DNA of 26,798 nucleotides from a virus (lineage: Duplodnaviria; Caudoviricetes), in IMG/VR virus record IMGVR_UViG_3300048895_000111, positions 1-26,798 of that record, one strand, 5' to 3'. The notes under the pieces are model-generated. The model did no database searches, was not told the origin of the DNA, and saw only the letters and a program-made list of their open reading frames with translations. Every line of letters begins with the position of its first letter. The stretch's first letter is position 1. Positions 24,161-26,798 of the stretch are shown here, in pieces. The position numbers were made by a program, and so were the translations under genes.

Positions 24161-24962
24161 GCCACTGGTCTACGTACCGACGTACAAGCGGGACGACCTA
24201 CTGACACTGGAGAGCCTGAAGGGAACCAAGATCCTGGAGCGGACCGCGCTGGTCGTACACCCGGATGACGTATCAAGATACGCTTCCCACGGGGTACAGA
24301 TCGTGCCCTGCCCCGCGCAGGGAGAACTCGGTGCCGTACGCCGGTGGTTGATGGAGAACCACGAGGGCGACTACATGGTGCAGATGGACGACGACCTGCG
24401 GTTCGCGGTACGCCGGAAGGACGACCCCACGAAGTTCCGCCAACCGGAGAGCCCGGACGAGGTTGACGAGATGTTCGACCGAATCTTCGCGCTGCTGCGG
24501 GAGGTGCCCCTCGTGGGAGTACGGCAGCGGGGCGGAGCCAACCGCTCTACACCGCCCGTCGAGGTTGCGACTCGCCAGTGTATGCTCCACGCACTGGACC
24601 TACGAGCGGCGAGGGAGAACGGGTGGGTCTACAAGTCATGCGTCTTCGAGGACTTCGACTACACGCTCCAGGTGTTGACCTCGGGATACGAGAACGCCGT
24701 CCTGAACACGCACGTCATCGACCAACGAGAAGCGCAGGCACCCGGAGGGGTTGAGGGCTACCGGACGAACGACCTCATGGCCCAGGATGCTCTGGAACTA
24801 GCAATGAACTTCCCGGGCTTCGTGCGTGTCGTGGAGAAGGCAGGCTGGCGAGGCATGGAGTCCCGCACAGACGTCAACGTTCAGTGGAAGAAGGCTCTCT
24901 CGTCCGCCGGGGCGAAGACCATTCTGGACGTTGGGTTCTACGAAGACTTGTGGTGGTCGTGA
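24141..24962 (+). CDS. GT-A fold glycosyltransferase, TET-associated/GREB1-like (probably DNA-modifying)
   Basis: VYVPTYKR, RRWLME, VQMDDDL, FEDFDYTLQVL..GY, APGG; located in the replication region. Confidence 0.7.
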   Translation: MRSSKSEPLVYVPTYKRDDLLTLESLKGTKILERTALVVHPDDVSRYASHGVQIVPCPAQGELGAVRRWLMENHEGDYMVQMDDDLRFAVRRKDDPTKFRQPESPDEVDEMFDRIFALLREVPLVGVRQRGGANRSTPPVEVATRQCMLHALDLRAARENGWVYKSCVFEDFDYTLQVLTSGYENAVLNTHVIDQREAQAPGGVEGYRTNDLMAQDALELAMNFPGFVRVVEKAGWRGMESRTDVNVQWKKALSSAGAKTILDVGFYEDLWWS

Positions 24963-24985
24963 CGCAGCCGAACGACCGCAAACCC

Positions 24986-25062
24986 TTGTGCGTTGATAAC
25001 CCGCACGCTAGGCTAGCGGTAGGCAACACGCCGGGGGGAGTCCCCGGTGAAACCGAGAAAGG
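24986..25062 (+). promoter_or_regulatory. Promoter TTGTGC-N17-TAGGCT, TAGGCAAC, leader hairpin and GAGAAAGG
   Basis: Exact 17-bp spacing; member of the repeated family. Confidence 0.7.
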
Positions 25063-25071
25063 CAAAGCCAG

Positions 25072-25395
25072 ATGGCAACCATCAGAGCCGTGATCGTAGA
25101 CCCTGACGGCACAGTCCGAGACACCGAGATCGGGAGTGACCTTGCGTCCTTCCAGGCCGTCGTTGGCGGCTACATCGAGGGCGTCCTCGGCAACGTGGCG
25201 ACAATGTACGTCAACGAGGAGGGCCTGCTCAGGGCGCTTCCACCCAACCCGCTCGCGACTCAGTTCGCGCGGTTCATCCTTGGACGCAACGTGATCTTGT
25301 ACGGCACGGCTTTGATCCTGGGATCGCCCGATGACGAGGGCAACGACACACCTGTTCGGCAAACCGTTGTCGACTACTTCAACCAGGAGGACTGA
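25072..25395 (+). CDS. DUF3846-like protein
   Basis: LASFQAVVGGYIE...MYVNEEG...LPPN..AT. Confidence 0.8.
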   Translation: MATIRAVIVDPDGTVRDTEIGSDLASFQAVVGGYIEGVLGNVATMYVNEEGLLRALPPNPLATQFARFILGRNVILYGTALILGSPDDEGNDTPVRQTVVDYFNQED

Positions 25396-25397
25396 AC

Positions 25398-25811
25398 ATG
25401 CAGATCACCTTTGACACCGCGAACCTCTCCCCGCTGGACTACCAAGTCCTCGCCCTGCTGGGCGGAGTAGCGACGGCCCCTGCCGACGAGGCCGAGGAGG
25501 CCGTCACGCCCGCACCCGCGAAGAAGGCACCGGCCAAGAAGGCAGCGGCGAAGCCCGAGCCTGAGCCCGAGCCGGAGCCGATGGCTGAAGAGCCGATCGA
25601 GGACGACGTCCTGGGCGAGGACCCCGACGAGGACCCCAACGAGGACATGAGCGACGAGGACCTCCTCGCGCTGGCCGTCAAGAAGGCGACCGAGATGGTG
25701 GGTGGCGGTGACGCGGCCAAGGTGCGCGAGGCGCTGGATGCCGCTGGAGCGAGCCGGGTGCGAGAGCTCAACGCCGACAACGTCCGCGACTTCTTCAAGG
25801 CGCTCTCGTGA
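25398..25811 (+). CDS. Hypothetical protein typical upstream of DUF2800 genes (PAKK/EP-rich linker)
   Basis: AGGAGG RBS; C-terminal KVREALDAAGASRVREL. Confidence 0.75.
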   Translation: MQITFDTANLSPLDYQVLALLGGVATAPADEAEEAVTPAPAKKAPAKKAAAKPEPEPEPEPMAEEPIEDDVLGEDPDEDPNEDMSDEDLLALAVKKATEMVGGGDAAKVREALDAAGASRVRELNADNVRDFFKALS

Positions 25812-26014
25812 AGGTAGCCGTCTACCTCCGCGACGAGTTCACGGACGCCCACCGCGAGCAGATCGCCGTGATCAACGACGACGCACGGCTCGACCGGCTG
25901 GCCTCGCGTGACGAGATCAAGGAGTTCTTCGAGACTCACGGGAACCAGTGGCGGGCCGTCCTCGAGTCGCAGTTCGCCAAGTACGTCCAGGCGGACTTGG
26001 AGGACCTCATCTGA
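25808..26014 (+). CDS. Hypothetical protein
   Basis: GTGA and TGATG overlaps. Confidence 0.7.
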   Translation: MKVAVYLRDEFTDAHREQIAVINDDARLDRLASRDEIKEFFETHGNQWRAVLESQFAKYVQADLEDLI

Positions 26015-26798
26015 TGGGTGGAAACGGCCACGCCATACTCAGCCCGAGTGCCAGCGGCAGGTGGATTACCTGCCCGGCCTCGGTCCGGATGTGCCGCGAT
26101 CTCCCCACGCAGATCGAGAGCGTGTACGCCCGTGAGGGCACCGACTTCCACACGCTCTGCGAGATCGAGGCATCACGGCGCATCCTGAACAAGGAGCCGA
26201 GTGAGTACGCCCTGGACCGTCTGGAGTGGGCGCTCGAGACCGAGGAGGAATGGCGCGACGACCAACTCCGCTATGTGGAGCAGTGGATCACGTTGCTGGA
26301 GGAGTATCTCGCCGAAGAGGAGGGCGCGCAACTCTTCCTGGAGGTCGTCGTGCAGACGGGTATCCCTGGATGCTGGGGTACGGCTGACGCCATCATCGTG
26401 TACAGCGATCGGGTCCGCGTCATCGACATCAAGTATGGCGCGGGCGTCAAGGTCGTGGCGATCAAGAACAGTCAGGCTCGCCTCTACGGGGTGGGTGCGC
26501 TGGAGACTCTGGTCAAGGACCCACTCACCATCCGGGAGGTCACGAACACGATCTGGCAGCCCCGCATGAACAACCTCTCCGAGGAGACGCTGACGCGGGC
26601 GGAACTGGTGCAGTGGCGGGACGACACCCGGCTCGTCGGGGAACTTGCGTTGACCGAGGATGCCCCGTTCGGCCCCAGCGAAAGTGCCTGTCGGTTCTGC
26701 CCCATCGCCGGCGAGTGCGCCCCGCGTGCGAAGTTCATGCTGGCCCAGGACTTCGGCGACCCGGACATCCTCAGCGGCGAGGAGTTGGCGGATGCGTT
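26014..26798 (+). CDS. DUF2800 / Cas4-like PD-(D/E)xK exonuclease (runs off window edge)
   Basis: My translation: HAILSPSASGRWITCPAS...EGTDFH...WGTADAII...IDIKYG...NSQARLYG...CRFCPIAGEC. Confidence 0.88.
   Translation, partial: MGGNGHAILSPSASGRWITCPASVRMCRDLPTQIESVYAREGTDFHTLCEIEASRRILNKEPSEYALDRLEWALETEEEWRDDQLRYVEQWITLLEEYLAEEEGAQLFLEVVVQTGIPGCWGTADAIIVYSDRVRVIDIKYGAGVKVVAIKNSQARLYGVGALETLVKDPLTIREVTNTIWQPRMNNLSEETLTRAELVQWRDDTRLVGELALTEDAPFGPSESACRFCPIAGECAPRAKFMLAQDFGDPDILSGEELADA

Noticed and set aside
21800-24962. Slightly more A/T-ending codons in primase, HTH and glycosyltransferase genes as a sign of recent acquisition
   Set aside because: Impression only, not quantified; equally explained by low expression.

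Overview
High-GC tailed-phage DNA, most likely from an actinobacteriophage, with no integrase or host genes in the window. The left part (1-7394, minus strand) is the head and packaging module: partial major capsid protein of the two-capsid (hexamer) type, a multidomain capsid maturation protease with an N-terminal HTH, portal, DUF1360-like membrane protein and large terminase. The right part (7668-26798, plus strand) is an early and replication arm of about 45 mostly small genes. It includes VRR-NUC, a metallohydrolase-DUF2786 fusion, an Lsr2-like protein, SNF2-type helicase, primase-helicase, a probable DNA-modifying glycosyltransferase, DUF3846 and a partial DUF2800/Cas4-like exonuclease. 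The divergence region (7575-9700) is the most unusual. It holds a 485-bp segment almost free of GA/TC dinucleotides that encodes an apparently recoded paralogue of the gene at 9712, then a GATC-dense repeat block and a perfect 49-bp inverted repeat. Four covarying anticodon-less tRNA-like (T-loop) leader elements and a family of repeated, partly palindromic promoters punctuate the early arm. All family assignments come from recognising motifs by eye; no database search was run.
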